From a virus (lineage: Duplodnaviria; Caudoviricetes): a DNA stretch of 64,000 nucleotides. The notes under the pieces were generated by a model that saw only the letters and a program-made list of their open reading frames with translations, ran no database searches and was not told where the DNA came from. The translations under genes and the position numbers were made by a program. The stretch covers positions 1-64,000 of IMG/VR virus record IMGVR_UViG_3300028048_001497; one strand, written 5' to 3'. Position 1 is the stretch's first letter. Each line of letters begins with the position of its first letter. Shown here piece after piece: positions 37,656-47,957 of the stretch.

Positions 37656-39341
37656 ATGTTAAAAAGACATGAAGTTAGCGGACAAAAACAATTAAATATG
37701 GATGTTTACCAAGCGTTTCAAAAACGTATGGATTTTGTCGTGAAAGAATTTGATGTCATTAGTATTTCATTTTCAGGTGGTAAAGATAGTGGTGTTCTTT
37801 TAAATTTGGTTATGGACTATTTAAAAGAGCATAATATTAATGATAAAAAAATATGTATTTTTCATCAAGACATGGAATGTCAGTATCAAGAGACGTCTGA
37901 TTATGTGGAAAGGACATTTAAAGAATTTGCAGATAAAGCAGAATGTTATTGGTTTTGTCAACCCATTGAATCAAGAAATGCGTTAAGCGTGTTTCAACAT
38001 TATTGGTATCCGTGGGATGATGAATGTCCTGAAAAATGGACTAGACCAATGCCAAATTATCCGTATGTATATACATTAAAAAATAATCCATTTTCTTTAT
38101 ATAAATATAAAATGGAATATCATGAACATGCAGAAAAATTTGAAATTTGGCTAAAACAAAAATATGGTGGAAGAGTAATTTCTCTTACAGGTATGCGTGC
38201 AAGCGAATCACTAAATCGTTATCGTGCGGTTGTAAATAAAGTATGTTGTTACAAGGGCAAAAAATGGACAAAAGAAATTGATAAAGATGTATATGTAGCA
38301 TATCCAATTTATGATTGGACAGTTGATGATGTATGGATAGCAAATGCAAAATTTGGATATAAGTACAATCATTTATATGATTTGTTCTATAAAGCAGGAG
38401 TTCCATTAACACAGATGCGCGTTGCCTCACCGTTTCATGATGATGCAAAAAATGATTTAAATATGTATCGTGTAATTGACCCACAAATTTGGTCGAAACT
38501 TCTTTGTCGTGTAGAAGGAGTAAATTTTGCGGCAATTTACGGAAGAACAAAAGCGATGGGATGGAATAAAGTTACCATGCCAAAAGGAAAAACGTGGAAA
38601 GAGTATAATAAATTTATTGTTTTAACATTACCTGCTGAAACACGACAAAATTTTATAGATAAATTTGATTTTTCTATTCAATTTTGGCTAACAAAAGGTG
38701 CAGGACTAAATCAAGATATTGTTCAAAAATTACATGATACAATGTGTTCAGTAACGAACACACCATTTATGGATAAAGACGAAATTTATCATACGAATTA
38801 TAGCATTACAAAAAATGAAAATGGAGAATATATTTTAAATTTACCAAGTAATTTTAAAAACAATATTTTTCATTATACATTCTTTGATAAGGTAAAAGTA
38901 AGAGCAAAAGGAATTTTAAAGGATTTAAATGGAAAACCAATTCATCGTATCAATGCGTTAGGAGAAGAAATAGAGGATGAATATCTTCCTGATATTTATG
39001 GTGAATATGAATACGTATTAGATAAAAATAGTAAAATTTATACAGTAGAGCAAGGAATTAAAGATTCAAAAACAGAAGAAGAAAAAATGTTATATGATGG
39101 CAAAGACAGTAACGATATTTGTCCAAAAATATCTCATTTTGGGAAACATATGAATTTACAAGTTATTTGTTCTGTTATTGCTGATGAAACAGATGTATTG
39201 AAGGAAACACAATCTGTTGCTTCATGGAAACGAATGACAATTTGCTTGTTAAAGAATGATTATCTTTGCAAATATATGGGATTTGGATTAACGAAAGAGC
39301 AACAGAAAAAGGTTAATTATATTAAGAATATGAATAAATAA
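37656..39341 (+). CDS. PAPS-reductase/DUF3440 protein (IbrA/YbdN-like)
   Basis: SFSGGKDS PP-loop, GMRASESLNRY, YPIYDW, MRVASPF, C-terminal SWKRM..CLLKNDYLCKYMGFGLTK. Confidence 0.88.
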   Translation: MLKRHEVSGQKQLNMDVYQAFQKRMDFVVKEFDVISISFSGGKDSGVLLNLVMDYLKEHNINDKKICIFHQDMECQYQETSDYVERTFKEFADKAECYWFCQPIESRNALSVFQHYWYPWDDECPEKWTRPMPNYPYVYTLKNNPFSLYKYKMEYHEHAEKFEIWLKQKYGGRVISLTGMRASESLNRYRAVVNKVCCYKGKKWTKEIDKDVYVAYPIYDWTVDDVWIANAKFGYKYNHLYDLFYKAGVPLTQMRVASPFHDDAKNDLNMYRVIDPQIWSKLLCRVEGVNFAAIYGRTKAMGWNKVTMPKGKTWKEYNKFIVLTLPAETRQNFIDKFDFSIQFWLTKGAGLNQDIVQKLHDTMCSVTNTPFMDKDEIYHTNYSITKNENGEYILNLPSNFKNNIFHYTFFDKVKVRAKGILKDLNGKPIHRINALGEEIEDEYLPDIYGEYEYVLDKNSKIYTVEQGIKDSKTEEEKMLYDGKDSNDICPKISHFGKHMNLQVICSVIADETDVLKETQSVASWKRMTICLLKNDYLCKYMGFGLTKEQQKKVNYIKNMNK

Positions 39342-39342
39342 T

Positions 39343-39378
39343 AAAAATGCTAGGCGTAAATTTGCACCTAGCATTTTT
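39343..39378 (+). terminator. Intrinsic terminator
   Basis: AAAAATGCTAGG/CCTAGCATTTTT. Confidence 0.8.
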
Positions 39379-39403
39379 ATACTATATAATATATGTGGTG
39401 ATA

Positions 39404-39600
39404 GTCAACTACTCCCACTTAACGCCTACGGCGTTTGAAGTGGGAGCTTGAACCTACCCTGTAACAGCAAAAACTGTCCTAAGAGGTTGTAACGGCAAAG
39501 CCTTCCTCAAGAGTGGTTCTACTCAACACGAAAAATCCGTGTTCGGACGGTTGACAACGCCCGCATGACAGCGACGCAATGCGTACTATCTGTTAGCTAA
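39404..39600 (-). ncRNA. Predicted TnpB omegaRNA/reRNA scaffold
   Basis: Structured GC-rich sequence between the tnpB stop and the element right end, where TnpB guide RNAs are encoded. Confidence 0.6.
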
Positions 39601-40810
39601 GTTTTTCATAATGAGGGTTTTCAACGCCAGCAATCCAGTCGGTGCCGAGACGGTAGATGTTGAACGCCCCGACAGCGTCATCGTTCATCTGATGCCCGCA
39701 ACAGTCGCAAACATAAAGATGTTTTTCGTGTTTGCGGTTTTCTTTATGGATACGCCCGCACTTCGGACAACGCTGGCTGGTATACGCAGCCGAAACTTCC
39801 AGAACAAGGGACTGATTTTCTAAAGCCTTGTAGACCATCTTTTGCTGAAAATCATAGAAAGCCCATGAATGGAGTTCCCGTTTATGGTCTTTCTTTCGCT
39901 TATTGTTTTTTTCGTCAAAAGAAATATCGGTCAGGTCTTCCAAAACAAAGAGAGTATTCGGGCCATAGTATTCAACGAGTGCCTTGGAAATCTGATGGTT
40001 AACGTCAACCATCCAACGGTTCTCTCGCTGTTCAATGGTGCGGATTCTGCGTTTTGATGACTTCGTATTCTTCATTTGAAGATGTCTGCGAAGCTCATAG
40101 AAATGTCTTCGTCTGCGGGCAATCTGCTTGCCAGAAGCGAAGTGGAACTTACCACGCTCGTCGCAAACAGTCACAATCTGGCGAAGCCCTCGGTCGATAC
40201 CAACGACGTGCTTGACGGTATCCTTGGAAAATTCCCCGACTTCTTTCTGCATGGCAATATGAAGATAAAATTTACCACGGCGTTCGTGCAGGGTAGCCGA
40301 AGTCTGTTCCCACCCACCTTTGTAGAACTTATCAAAGTAGCCGACTTTCCACTGTGCCGTAGCCTTTTCCCTGCCATGAAGCGTAAGTATGGATACCGAA
40401 CCATTGGGAAGGACGCTATAAGAATATTTGCGGGCATATTGAACAAACAGCGTCTTGAATTTAATTGGTTGCCACAGATATTCAAAGACAGTCTTCGGGT
40501 CAAACTCCCATCCTTGCTTCTTTGCTTGTTTGAACAACTTTTGGATATTCTGCGTTTTAACCGTTTTGTATTTTGCAAGGACGGTCTTGATGACGGACTG
40601 TGCTAGGAATGAAGGCATATCAAACTCAGAACGAATCTGTCGGTACAGCCTGTCCTGAAGAACACGCTGTTGCATAATAAAGCCGTGGTCGAAAATGTAT
40701 TGGCTGACCATATTGCAGGCAGTCACAAACTGACGCTGTGTTTCCATAAGGTCGTCGGCTTGTTTTTGTGACACGTTGATTTTGAGTTTCAGGACTTCTG
40801 TAATAATCAT
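39593..40810 (-). CDS. tnpB: TnpB RNA-guided nuclease
   Basis: RuvC GIDRG, VLEDL and NDDAVGAFNI; YTSQRCPKCG...CDCCG zinc finger; AGGAGG SD. Confidence 0.93.
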   Translation of the reverse strand: MIITEVLKLKINVSQKQADDLMETQRQFVTACNMVSQYIFDHGFIMQQRVLQDRLYRQIRSEFDMPSFLAQSVIKTVLAKYKTVKTQNIQKLFKQAKKQGWEFDPKTVFEYLWQPIKFKTLFVQYARKYSYSVLPNGSVSILTLHGREKATAQWKVGYFDKFYKGGWEQTSATLHERRGKFYLHIAMQKEVGEFSKDTVKHVVGIDRGLRQIVTVCDERGKFHFASGKQIARRRRHFYELRRHLQMKNTKSSKRRIRTIEQRENRWMVDVNHQISKALVEYYGPNTLFVLEDLTDISFDEKNNKRKKDHKRELHSWAFYDFQQKMVYKALENQSLVLEVSAAYTSQRCPKCGRIHKENRKHEKHLYVCDCCGHQMNDDAVGAFNIYRLGTDWIAGVENPHYEKLS

Positions 40811-40952
40811 TTGTTTTCACCTCCTTATTATTTTGCTAAAATTATTATACCATATATTTTAGTAAAAGTATAGATGATTTATATGTGAAAAGACCGCCAA
40901 TTCATCTCACCGCCTATAGAGGCGGGAGACTTCTTGGCGGATTGGGTTAAAT

Positions 40953-41450
40953 ATGTTAAAACAAATTCCAAATACAAACAATATATATTATGCAGATGCA
41001 GATGGTAACATTTATAATTATAAAAAAGAAAAGAAAAAATGCCATTCAGATAAAGATGGATATTTGATTACTTCCATTGATGGGAAAAGCAAAAAAGTAC
41101 ATCGTTTAATTTTGGAAACTTTTATTATAAATAAAAACAATTATCCAATGGTAAATCATATTAATGGAATAAAAAACGATAATCGGCTTTGTAATTTAGA
41201 ATGGGTATCTGCTTCGCAAAATGTATACAAAGCGCATCATGAAACAAAAACTAGAGTTGCAGGTGTTAATACAGGGATGAAAGCTATTCCTGTGATTTGT
41301 ATTGAAATTTTAACAAATGCCATGTATAATTATAATAGTATTTCAGAAGCAAGTAGAGCCTTGAAAATACCTGAATATATGATAAGTCGTTGTGTAAATG
41401 GAAAACGTAAATCAGCGAAAGGTTTTATGTTTAAAAAAAAGGAGAATTAA
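40953..41450 (+). CDS. HNH homing endonuclease (HNH_3 + NUMOD1)
   Basis: VHRLI, VNHINGIKNDNRLCNLEWVS..N, YNSISEASRAL. Confidence 0.88.
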   Translation: MLKQIPNTNNIYYADADGNIYNYKKEKKKCHSDKDGYLITSIDGKSKKVHRLILETFIINKNNYPMVNHINGIKNDNRLCNLEWVSASQNVYKAHHETKTRVAGVNTGMKAIPVICIEILTNAMYNYNSISEASRALKIPEYMISRCVNGKRKSAKGFMFKKKEN

Positions 41451-41452
41451 TT

Positions 41453-42028
41453 ATGGAAAAGAAAAATGAAACTGAAGGACAAGAATTTGTTTCGCCTGTT
41501 TATCATGTTCGTCGTGTACCTGTTGAAAAATTAGTTGCAAATGAATACAATCCTAACCACGTAGCTCCCGAAGAATTTAAGCTTCTGTACGATTCAATTA
41601 AATGTGATGGTTATACTATGCCAATTGTTACATATTATCGTAAAGAAGATGACATGTATGAAATTGTTGACGGGTTTCATCGTTATACTATTTTAAAAAC
41701 GCATAAGGATATTTATGAACGAGAACATGGTTGTTTGCCTGTTGTTGTAATTGATAAGCCATTAGAAGAACGCATGGCATCAACTGTAAGGCATAATCGA
41801 GCTAGGGGCACGCATGATGTAGACCTAATGAGTAATATTGTTGGAGAACTTCATAAACTTGGTCGTGAAGATGCTTGGATTGAAAAGCATTTAGGCATGT
41901 CAGAAGATGAAGTACTTCGTTTAAAACAGATTACAGGACTTGCAGAATTGTTTAAAGATAAAGAATTTTCTCAGGCGTGGACAACAGAAGATAATATCTC
42001 TGTAAATGGGGAGGAAGTTGAAGAATGA
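41453..42028 (+). CDS. ParB/Srx-domain protein (IbrB/YbdM-like)
   Basis: NEYNPNHVAP, DGYTMPIV, EIVDGFHR, RMASTVRHNRARGTH, LGMSEDEVLRLKQITGL. Confidence 0.9.
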   Translation: MEKKNETEGQEFVSPVYHVRRVPVEKLVANEYNPNHVAPEEFKLLYDSIKCDGYTMPIVTYYRKEDDMYEIVDGFHRYTILKTHKDIYEREHGCLPVVVIDKPLEERMASTVRHNRARGTHDVDLMSNIVGELHKLGREDAWIEKHLGMSEDEVLRLKQITGLAELFKDKEFSQAWTTEDNISVNGEEVEE

Positions 42029-43200
42029 AAATTTTTACAGACGATATGAAAATTGATGATGAAGAATGGAAAGATATTGATAAAACATACAAAATTAGTA
42101 ATTTTGGGAGAGTAATATTTTTCCGAAATAAAAAATGGTATTTATCTAGCATAAAGGATAATCAAGTGTCTATTCATGCAAAACAAATACAAGTATGTGC
42201 TTTGGTATTAAAAATATTTAAAAACATTGAATTGACAAACAAAGAATATATCAAACACTTAGATGGAAATGAAGAAAATAATTATATAGAAAATTTAATT
42301 GTTGATACAAAATCTAATAAATACAAACAGTTTGCAAAAGAAGGTAAATTCGATAATTTTATTCATTCTACAATAAAGAATGACATATTAGTAGAATGCT
42401 ATGAATATATAGATGAAAACAATGTCAAATGGAAATCTATTTATGGATATGAAGGATTATATGAAATAGGAACAAATGGGCATATTAAATATTTAACAAA
42501 AGATGGTAAAAAACATGATATGTCTATTAATGATAATGGTAGAAAAGGATATTTAATTGTTCAACTAAGAAAAAATGGAAAACGTTCGAGCAAACTTGTG
42601 CATCGTTTAGTTATGGAAAATTTTAAACCGCTTGAAAATATGAATGATTTGCAAGTAAATCATATTGATGGAAATAACAAAAATAATGATATTTCTAATT
42701 TAGAATGGGTAACGGCAAAAGAGAATATGAAACATGCAAATGATAATGGATTGGTTAATAATCAATCTGTGTTTTTTAAATATAATGGAAAAAAATATTT
42801 TCATATTCACGAGATAATGAAAGAATATGATTTATCCGTTCAAGAAGCGCAAAACGTTGTAGAACGAGTCCCAATTCGTGAAGCTACGTATGTAAAACGA
42901 TGGAAAGAAAAAAATGGCTTGCCAAATGAAAAATGGGAAATCGTAGAAGGATATAATTGTGAAATATCTAATTATGGAAGATGTTTAACATATATTGATA
43001 ATCATCGTTTTCAATGCACTTTAAAACAGATTAGAAAAAATAAATACTATAATTTAACAGATATGTATGGACATCGTAAAGATTATATGATTGCAAAATT
43101 GGTACTTCATGCATTTACTGATTATAATAATGAAAAGATTCAATATAAAGATGGTAATTGTTTAAATTTTAAATTAGAGGATTTAATATGGAAAAAATGA
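42025..43200 (+). CDS. HNH endonuclease with three tandem NUMOD4-HNH units
   Basis: Repeated W..I..Y.ISN.GR motif; central intact VHRLV...VNHIDGNNKNNDISNLEW; the flanking copies are degenerate. Confidence 0.82.
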   Translation: MKIFTDDMKIDDEEWKDIDKTYKISNFGRVIFFRNKKWYLSSIKDNQVSIHAKQIQVCALVLKIFKNIELTNKEYIKHLDGNEENNYIENLIVDTKSNKYKQFAKEGKFDNFIHSTIKNDILVECYEYIDENNVKWKSIYGYEGLYEIGTNGHIKYLTKDGKKHDMSINDNGRKGYLIVQLRKNGKRSSKLVHRLVMENFKPLENMNDLQVNHIDGNNKNNDISNLEWVTAKENMKHANDNGLVNNQSVFFKYNGKKYFHIHEIMKEYDLSVQEAQNVVERVPIREATYVKRWKEKNGLPNEKWEIVEGYNCEISNYGRCLTYIDNHRFQCTLKQIRKNKYYNLTDMYGHRKDYMIAKLVLHAFTDYNNEKIQYKDGNCLNFKLEDLIWKK

Positions 43201-43892
43201 TATATAAAAAATTTAATTTAGATTTTATAGAAGTAAAGGATAAGTATAATTGTTGTTTTACAGAAAAAGATTTTAAAACAGAAAAATATGACTTTTTATT
43301 TATTAAGAATCAAAAAATGTGTGACACATTTATGTTAAAATATAATTTTATTTGTAAATTTAAAAATGGATTGCTAATTTCAAACAAATATGCGATTTAT
43401 AATGAATCTGTATATGACATTGTAAGATTAAATGAAAATGATGGTCATAAGTATGCAAAAATATATTTAAAACAATGTGGATTGGTCATAAGGTTTTATG
43501 ATAAGCAAACAAGAAATACTATATTAAACAATTATATTAATATTCCAAAAGGCAATAGAGTACCAATTATTAAGTTTACAGAATATTTTTGTATAACAAA
43601 ATATATACATAAAGGTTTTTTGGATAATTTTAGTATAATAAAATTTTTATTTGTTATGTATCTTTTATTGTATAAGAATAAATTGATTTTTGATTTGCAA
43701 CAAGATAATATTATAATTGATAAAAAATTAAACATTTATGTTGTTGATATGGAAGCTAAAAATATTTTTACAAAAAATGAATTAATGCGCTTTTATATCA
43801 TGTCTTATTTTTTTTATTGGTTAAATGTAATAGATAATAGAATGGATAAAGAGTTTTTTGATAAATTATATCAATATGATTTAAAACATTAA
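43188..43892 (+). CDS. Hypothetical, possible kinase-fold protein
   Basis: YAKIY, DLQQDNII (catalytic-loop-like DxxxxN) and VVDME (DFG-like). Confidence 0.45.
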   Translation: MEKMIYKKFNLDFIEVKDKYNCCFTEKDFKTEKYDFLFIKNQKMCDTFMLKYNFICKFKNGLLISNKYAIYNESVYDIVRLNENDGHKYAKIYLKQCGLVIRFYDKQTRNTILNNYINIPKGNRVPIIKFTEYFCITKYIHKGFLDNFSIIKFLFVMYLLLYKNKLIFDLQQDNIIIDKKLNIYVVDMEAKNIFTKNELMRFYIMSYFFYWLNVIDNRMDKEFFDKLYQYDLKH

Positions 43893-44017
43893 CAATTTGT
43901 TATTAAATGAGGATGATAATGAATTATGATTCGTGAGAATTTTACACTAGATGGTAAAAAAATGTTTTAAAAGGTAATATAATAAAAGCAATAGACAATA
44001 TAAAGGAGAAAAGTAAT

Positions 44018-45322
44018 ATGAATTATAATATATGCATTGTTGGATTAGGATATGTTGGAATCCAATTAGCTTGTGAATTTGTTAAAAAAGTTCCTGTATA
44101 TGGATATGATACAAATATAAAAAAAGTGGATAATTATGAAAACGGATATGATGTAACGCAATCGGTAGATACAGAATTGCTATCAGAAATTAATTTCGTT
44201 ACAGATGAAAATCAATTTACATTAGATAAAAACAAACCTAATGTATGGATTGTTTGTGTTCCGACACCTATAGATGATAAACATATTCCTGATATTAGTA
44301 TGTTAAAATCTGCGACAAAAATGGTTGCTAAATATTTAGCAGTTGGAGATACTGTTATTTTTGAATCAACGGTAGCACCAAAAACGACTAGAAATGTTTG
44401 TATTCCTATTTTGGAAACGAATAGTAATTTAGTTTGTGATGAAGATTTTTATGTTGGCTTTTCTCCTGAAAGATTACAACCAGGTAAAGGAGGTAAAACT
44501 ATTAGACAAATTACAAAATTGGTTTCAGGTTCATCAGATAAAGCATTAGAAAAAGTTTATGATATATATCATTTAATTCTTCCAAAGAATAAGATATATA
44601 AATGCAGTTCATTAGAAGTGGCAGAAACATCAAAGATAATGGAAAATGTTAAACGTGATGTGAATATTGCTTTAATGAATGAATTTCAGATGATTTGTTC
44701 TATGAGTGGAATTAATTTTGACGATGTATTAAATTCTGCAAGAACAAAATTTAATTTTAATAATGCTTCATATAATCCTGGTATGGTTGGTGGGCATTGT
44801 ATTGGTGTAGACCCATATTATTTCATTGATTTTGAAAATAAGTATAATAAAGATTGGTATGGTTTAGTAGATTCTGCTAGAGCAATTAATGAAACTGTTC
44901 CATTTTTCTTAGCAAATCAGATTTTAGATGAAATAAATAAAAAACATCCACGTATCACAATATTGGGATTTTCTTTTAAGGAAAATTGTAATGATATTCG
45001 TAATACAAAAATTTATGATTTATATAAATATTTAACTGATGCAGGAGCAGAAGTTTATATTGTAGATAATAAATGTGATAAACAATTAGTTAAAGAACAG
45101 TATGGAATAGATTTATTGGATGAAATTCTTATTGGGAATGATTGTATTTTTATCGCATTGAAAGAACCAGATTTAATTCCACAAGATATAGAAAGTAAAT
45201 TGTTTGATGATGGATTTATTTTTGACTATAAGGGGTTATTTAAAGATTATTTAGATGATATAACAAATAACAATTTAATGGATAAAAACAAAATTCCATT
45301 TGATAGAGTTGTTACATTATAA
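44018..45322 (+). CDS. Nucleotide-sugar dehydrogenase (UDP-glucose/GDP-mannose/UDP-GlcNAc 6-dehydrogenase family)
   Basis: GLGYVG, VCVPTP, FESTVAP, FSPER, KIMEN, GGHCIGVDPYY, LGFSFKENCNDIRN. Confidence 0.93.
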   Translation: MNYNICIVGLGYVGIQLACEFVKKVPVYGYDTNIKKVDNYENGYDVTQSVDTELLSEINFVTDENQFTLDKNKPNVWIVCVPTPIDDKHIPDISMLKSATKMVAKYLAVGDTVIFESTVAPKTTRNVCIPILETNSNLVCDEDFYVGFSPERLQPGKGGKTIRQITKLVSGSSDKALEKVYDIYHLILPKNKIYKCSSLEVAETSKIMENVKRDVNIALMNEFQMICSMSGINFDDVLNSARTKFNFNNASYNPGMVGGHCIGVDPYYFIDFENKYNKDWYGLVDSARAINETVPFFLANQILDEINKKHPRITILGFSFKENCNDIRNTKIYDLYKYLTDAGAEVYIVDNKCDKQLVKEQYGIDLLDEILIGNDCIFIALKEPDLIPQDIESKLFDDGFIFDYKGLFKDYLDDITNNNLMDKNKIPFDRVVTL

Positions 45323-45392
45323 AGTTGTGATAGGCATATGTTTTCAATCTATTTCATTTAGAGAAAGAATTTGAATGAGGTGGTGAAAATAT

Positions 45393-45932
45393 ATGCCTAT
45401 AATTTTACAATCGGCAGATGATAATACAATTTCTCCTTTAACAGATAAAGAAAGAGATTTGGTACATAAATTAAGAGCTATGTTAAAAGATGTTCCTGAT
45501 GAACAATTTCGTAGTTTGAATACATTAGTAGAAAAACAAAGAGGACAAAGATGGTCTGATGAATTGTTATTAATCTATTTGCAAATAGCTATGGCAGATA
45601 TTAATGCAGAGCCACCACTTACAATTTATACATTATATGATGTTCCTATTAGTTGGGAAGGCTGTGTTTTAACCGGAAGTTTCATTCTTGCCTTACTAGG
45701 GGAATCAGTAGTACAGAATGGTGAAGCATTTAGTTATTCTGATAACGGCATTTCGTTAAATATCAATCAAGCTGCTGGTTATCAATCTATAGCACAATCT
45801 ATGCAAAGTGCTTATCAACAACAAAAACAGAATATAAAGAAGTCTTTGCGTCCAAATGCTGCGGTACTAAAGAGTAACCCCGCACCAGTCAGGATTCGTT
45901 CTTACGCTCAAAGGATGTGGGTGTACAGATGA
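45393..45932 (+). CDS. Putative head-tail adaptor/neck protein
   Basis: KLRAMLKD...WSDELLLIYL helical pattern and FSYSDNGISL beta hairpin typical of head-completion proteins. Confidence 0.6.
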   Translation: MPIILQSADDNTISPLTDKERDLVHKLRAMLKDVPDEQFRSLNTLVEKQRGQRWSDELLLIYLQIAMADINAEPPLTIYTLYDVPISWEGCVLTGSFILALLGESVVQNGEAFSYSDNGISLNINQAAGYQSIAQSMQSAYQQQKQNIKKSLRPNAAVLKSNPAPVRIRSYAQRMWVYR

Positions 45933-45947
45933 TAAACTCACACATAT

Positions 45948-45978
45948 AAGAGATTTGATTTTCAAATCTCTTTTTTTT
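45948..45978 (+). terminator. Intrinsic terminator
   Basis: AAGAGATTTGA/TCAAATCTCTT plus T-run. Confidence 0.8.
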
Positions 45979-46012
45979 ATAATAAAAAATATGAATAAAA
46001 AGGAGGAAATAT

Positions 46013-47884
46013 TTGTTGAAAGATGCGATTTATAAAATGAAAATTACAAATGCAATTAAAAAAAATAAATCAAAAGAAGCAGATGAATTAAGAAAATATG
46101 CGAAAAGAGAAATTTCAAAAACATTAATTGAAAAAAATGGAATATATGCAAGGGATGAATCTTATTTTAATAATCCGTTATATCATCAAACAAAATGTGT
46201 AGAATGTAATAAAACGTTTTTATATAAACACAAAAATGGAAAAGAACCTCCGAAATTTTGTTCAACAAATTGTAGACATAAACATAATCGAAAGAAAGTA
46301 ATAAAAAAATGTATCATTTGTGGGAAAGAATATATAACAAATAATTGTGATGAAAAGTATGCTCAATTCTGTTCTGACGAATGTTATCAGGAAGGATTAA
46401 AACAGGCTAGAATTAATGAAATACCCATTCTAACGTGCGTTAATTGTGGAAAAGAATATCCTTTATATACAAATACAAGTGGATTTTATGATTCATATCA
46501 ATGTGAATGTGAAATGGACGTAAAGCGCAATCAAAAAATTCATATTTGCCACTATTGTGGAAAAGAATATTTAACAAGTTCTAAAAAATCAAAATTTTGT
46601 TCTTTTCAATGTTCATCAAAACAAACGCGAAAAGATGTTGTGTGGAAAAATTTAAGTGAACATAAAAAAGAATACGAACAAATTACAAAAAGAAAATTAC
46701 CATTAAATAATGAAGATAATTTTGAATGGATAGAAAGAAATGGTATATATGGAAAATCGGAAGAAGATTTTGATTATTTAAGCTATAATCCAAATGCTTT
46801 AAAAACTTGTAAACAATGCGGAAGAAAATATATATCATCGAATAATGAAGATGGATATTGTAGTAGAAAATGTTTCTATGAATCTAAAAAGTCTCATACG
46901 ATTAAAAAATGTTTAAATTGTAATAAAGAATATTCTATATCTGTTACAGATGAACCATATTCACAATTTTGTTCTGATGAATGTGAACAAAATTATTATG
47001 AACATATAAAAGAAAAATGCAAAGTCTATGATAGATTGCATAAATGTACGTGTATAAATTGTGGAAAAGTATTTTATGATATAACAAATACTAGTGTAGA
47101 ATTTTGTTCTTATCAATGTTCTGTTGATTTTAATCATAAACAAAAATTAATAACTAAAAAATGTAAACAATGTGGTAAAGAATTTCAAACATATAATGAT
47201 AGTGATTTTTGTTCTACTAGTTGTTCGTCAAAATATAATATGAAACATGGAAAACGACCACCAAAACAACATTGTCCTTGGAATAAAGGCTTAACTGCGA
47301 AAAATTGTAAAATTATTAAACATAATGCAAAAAAGAAATCTATTACTATGAAAAAAGGTATTGCTTCAGGAAAAATAAAAATGTACTTTAAAGGGAAACA
47401 TTTAACAGAAGAACATAAAAAGCATTGCGCTATTGCTCAATCTAAAGCAATTCGAGAAGGAAGGAAACCTGCTTCACCACAATATATTCATGGATTTTTT
47501 AAAGGTATAGGACATTATGTTCGTAGTGGATGGGAATATAATTTTGCTAAAATATTAATTTATCTACATCGTGATTATGAATATGAATCAAAAACATTTT
47601 TAATAGATGGTGGCAAACAAACATATACACCAGATTTTTATGATAAGGATAGAGATTTGTATTATGAAATAAAAGGTTGGTTTCCAAAAGAAGAACGAGA
47701 AAAATTTAAAAAATTTCGAGAGCAATATCCAAATATAAAGATACATTTATTGCAAGTCAAAAAATTCAAAAATATATATTTATCTTTTAAGGATAAAATA
47801 AAAATGTTAGGCTTGTTTGGTGTAAAAAAATCAAAAGTTGGAATATTAATAACAAAAGATTTAATTAAAATAAAAAGAGATTAA
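46013..47884 (+). CDS. Multi-zinc-finger protein with C-terminal PD-(D/E)xK nuclease (putative homing endonuclease)
   Basis: About eight CxxCGK...FCSxxC repeats, a NUMOD3-like segment, RSGWE, YTPDF...YEIKG. Confidence 0.8.
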   Translation: MLKDAIYKMKITNAIKKNKSKEADELRKYAKREISKTLIEKNGIYARDESYFNNPLYHQTKCVECNKTFLYKHKNGKEPPKFCSTNCRHKHNRKKVIKKCIICGKEYITNNCDEKYAQFCSDECYQEGLKQARINEIPILTCVNCGKEYPLYTNTSGFYDSYQCECEMDVKRNQKIHICHYCGKEYLTSSKKSKFCSFQCSSKQTRKDVVWKNLSEHKKEYEQITKRKLPLNNEDNFEWIERNGIYGKSEEDFDYLSYNPNALKTCKQCGRKYISSNNEDGYCSRKCFYESKKSHTIKKCLNCNKEYSISVTDEPYSQFCSDECEQNYYEHIKEKCKVYDRLHKCTCINCGKVFYDITNTSVEFCSYQCSVDFNHKQKLITKKCKQCGKEFQTYNDSDFCSTSCSSKYNMKHGKRPPKQHCPWNKGLTAKNCKIIKHNAKKKSITMKKGIASGKIKMYFKGKHLTEEHKKHCAIAQSKAIREGRKPASPQYIHGFFKGIGHYVRSGWEYNFAKILIYLHRDYEYESKTFLIDGGKQTYTPDFYDKDRDLYYEIKGWFPKEEREKFKKFREQYPNIKIHLLQVKKFKNIYLSFKDKIKMLGLFGVKKSKVGILITKDLIKIKRD

Positions 47885-47957
47885 ACATCATAAAAAGATT
47901 AAACATAATAAAATGTTTAATCCTTTTTTTTATATTTCTTAAATAGGTGATAGAGTA

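Larger units (their letters stand above)
39404..40946 (-). mobile_element. Non-autonomous IS200/IS605-family element (tnpB only)
   Basis: Abrupt GC increase; subterminal hairpins at about 39404-39450 (ends GGGAGTAGTTGAC on minus) and about 40895-40942; no tnpA. Confidence 0.88.

Noticed and set aside
38730-39150. Insertion in the IbrA-like protein as a possible intein
   Set aside because: It starts near a Cys but has no block B, block F or terminal His-Asn motif.
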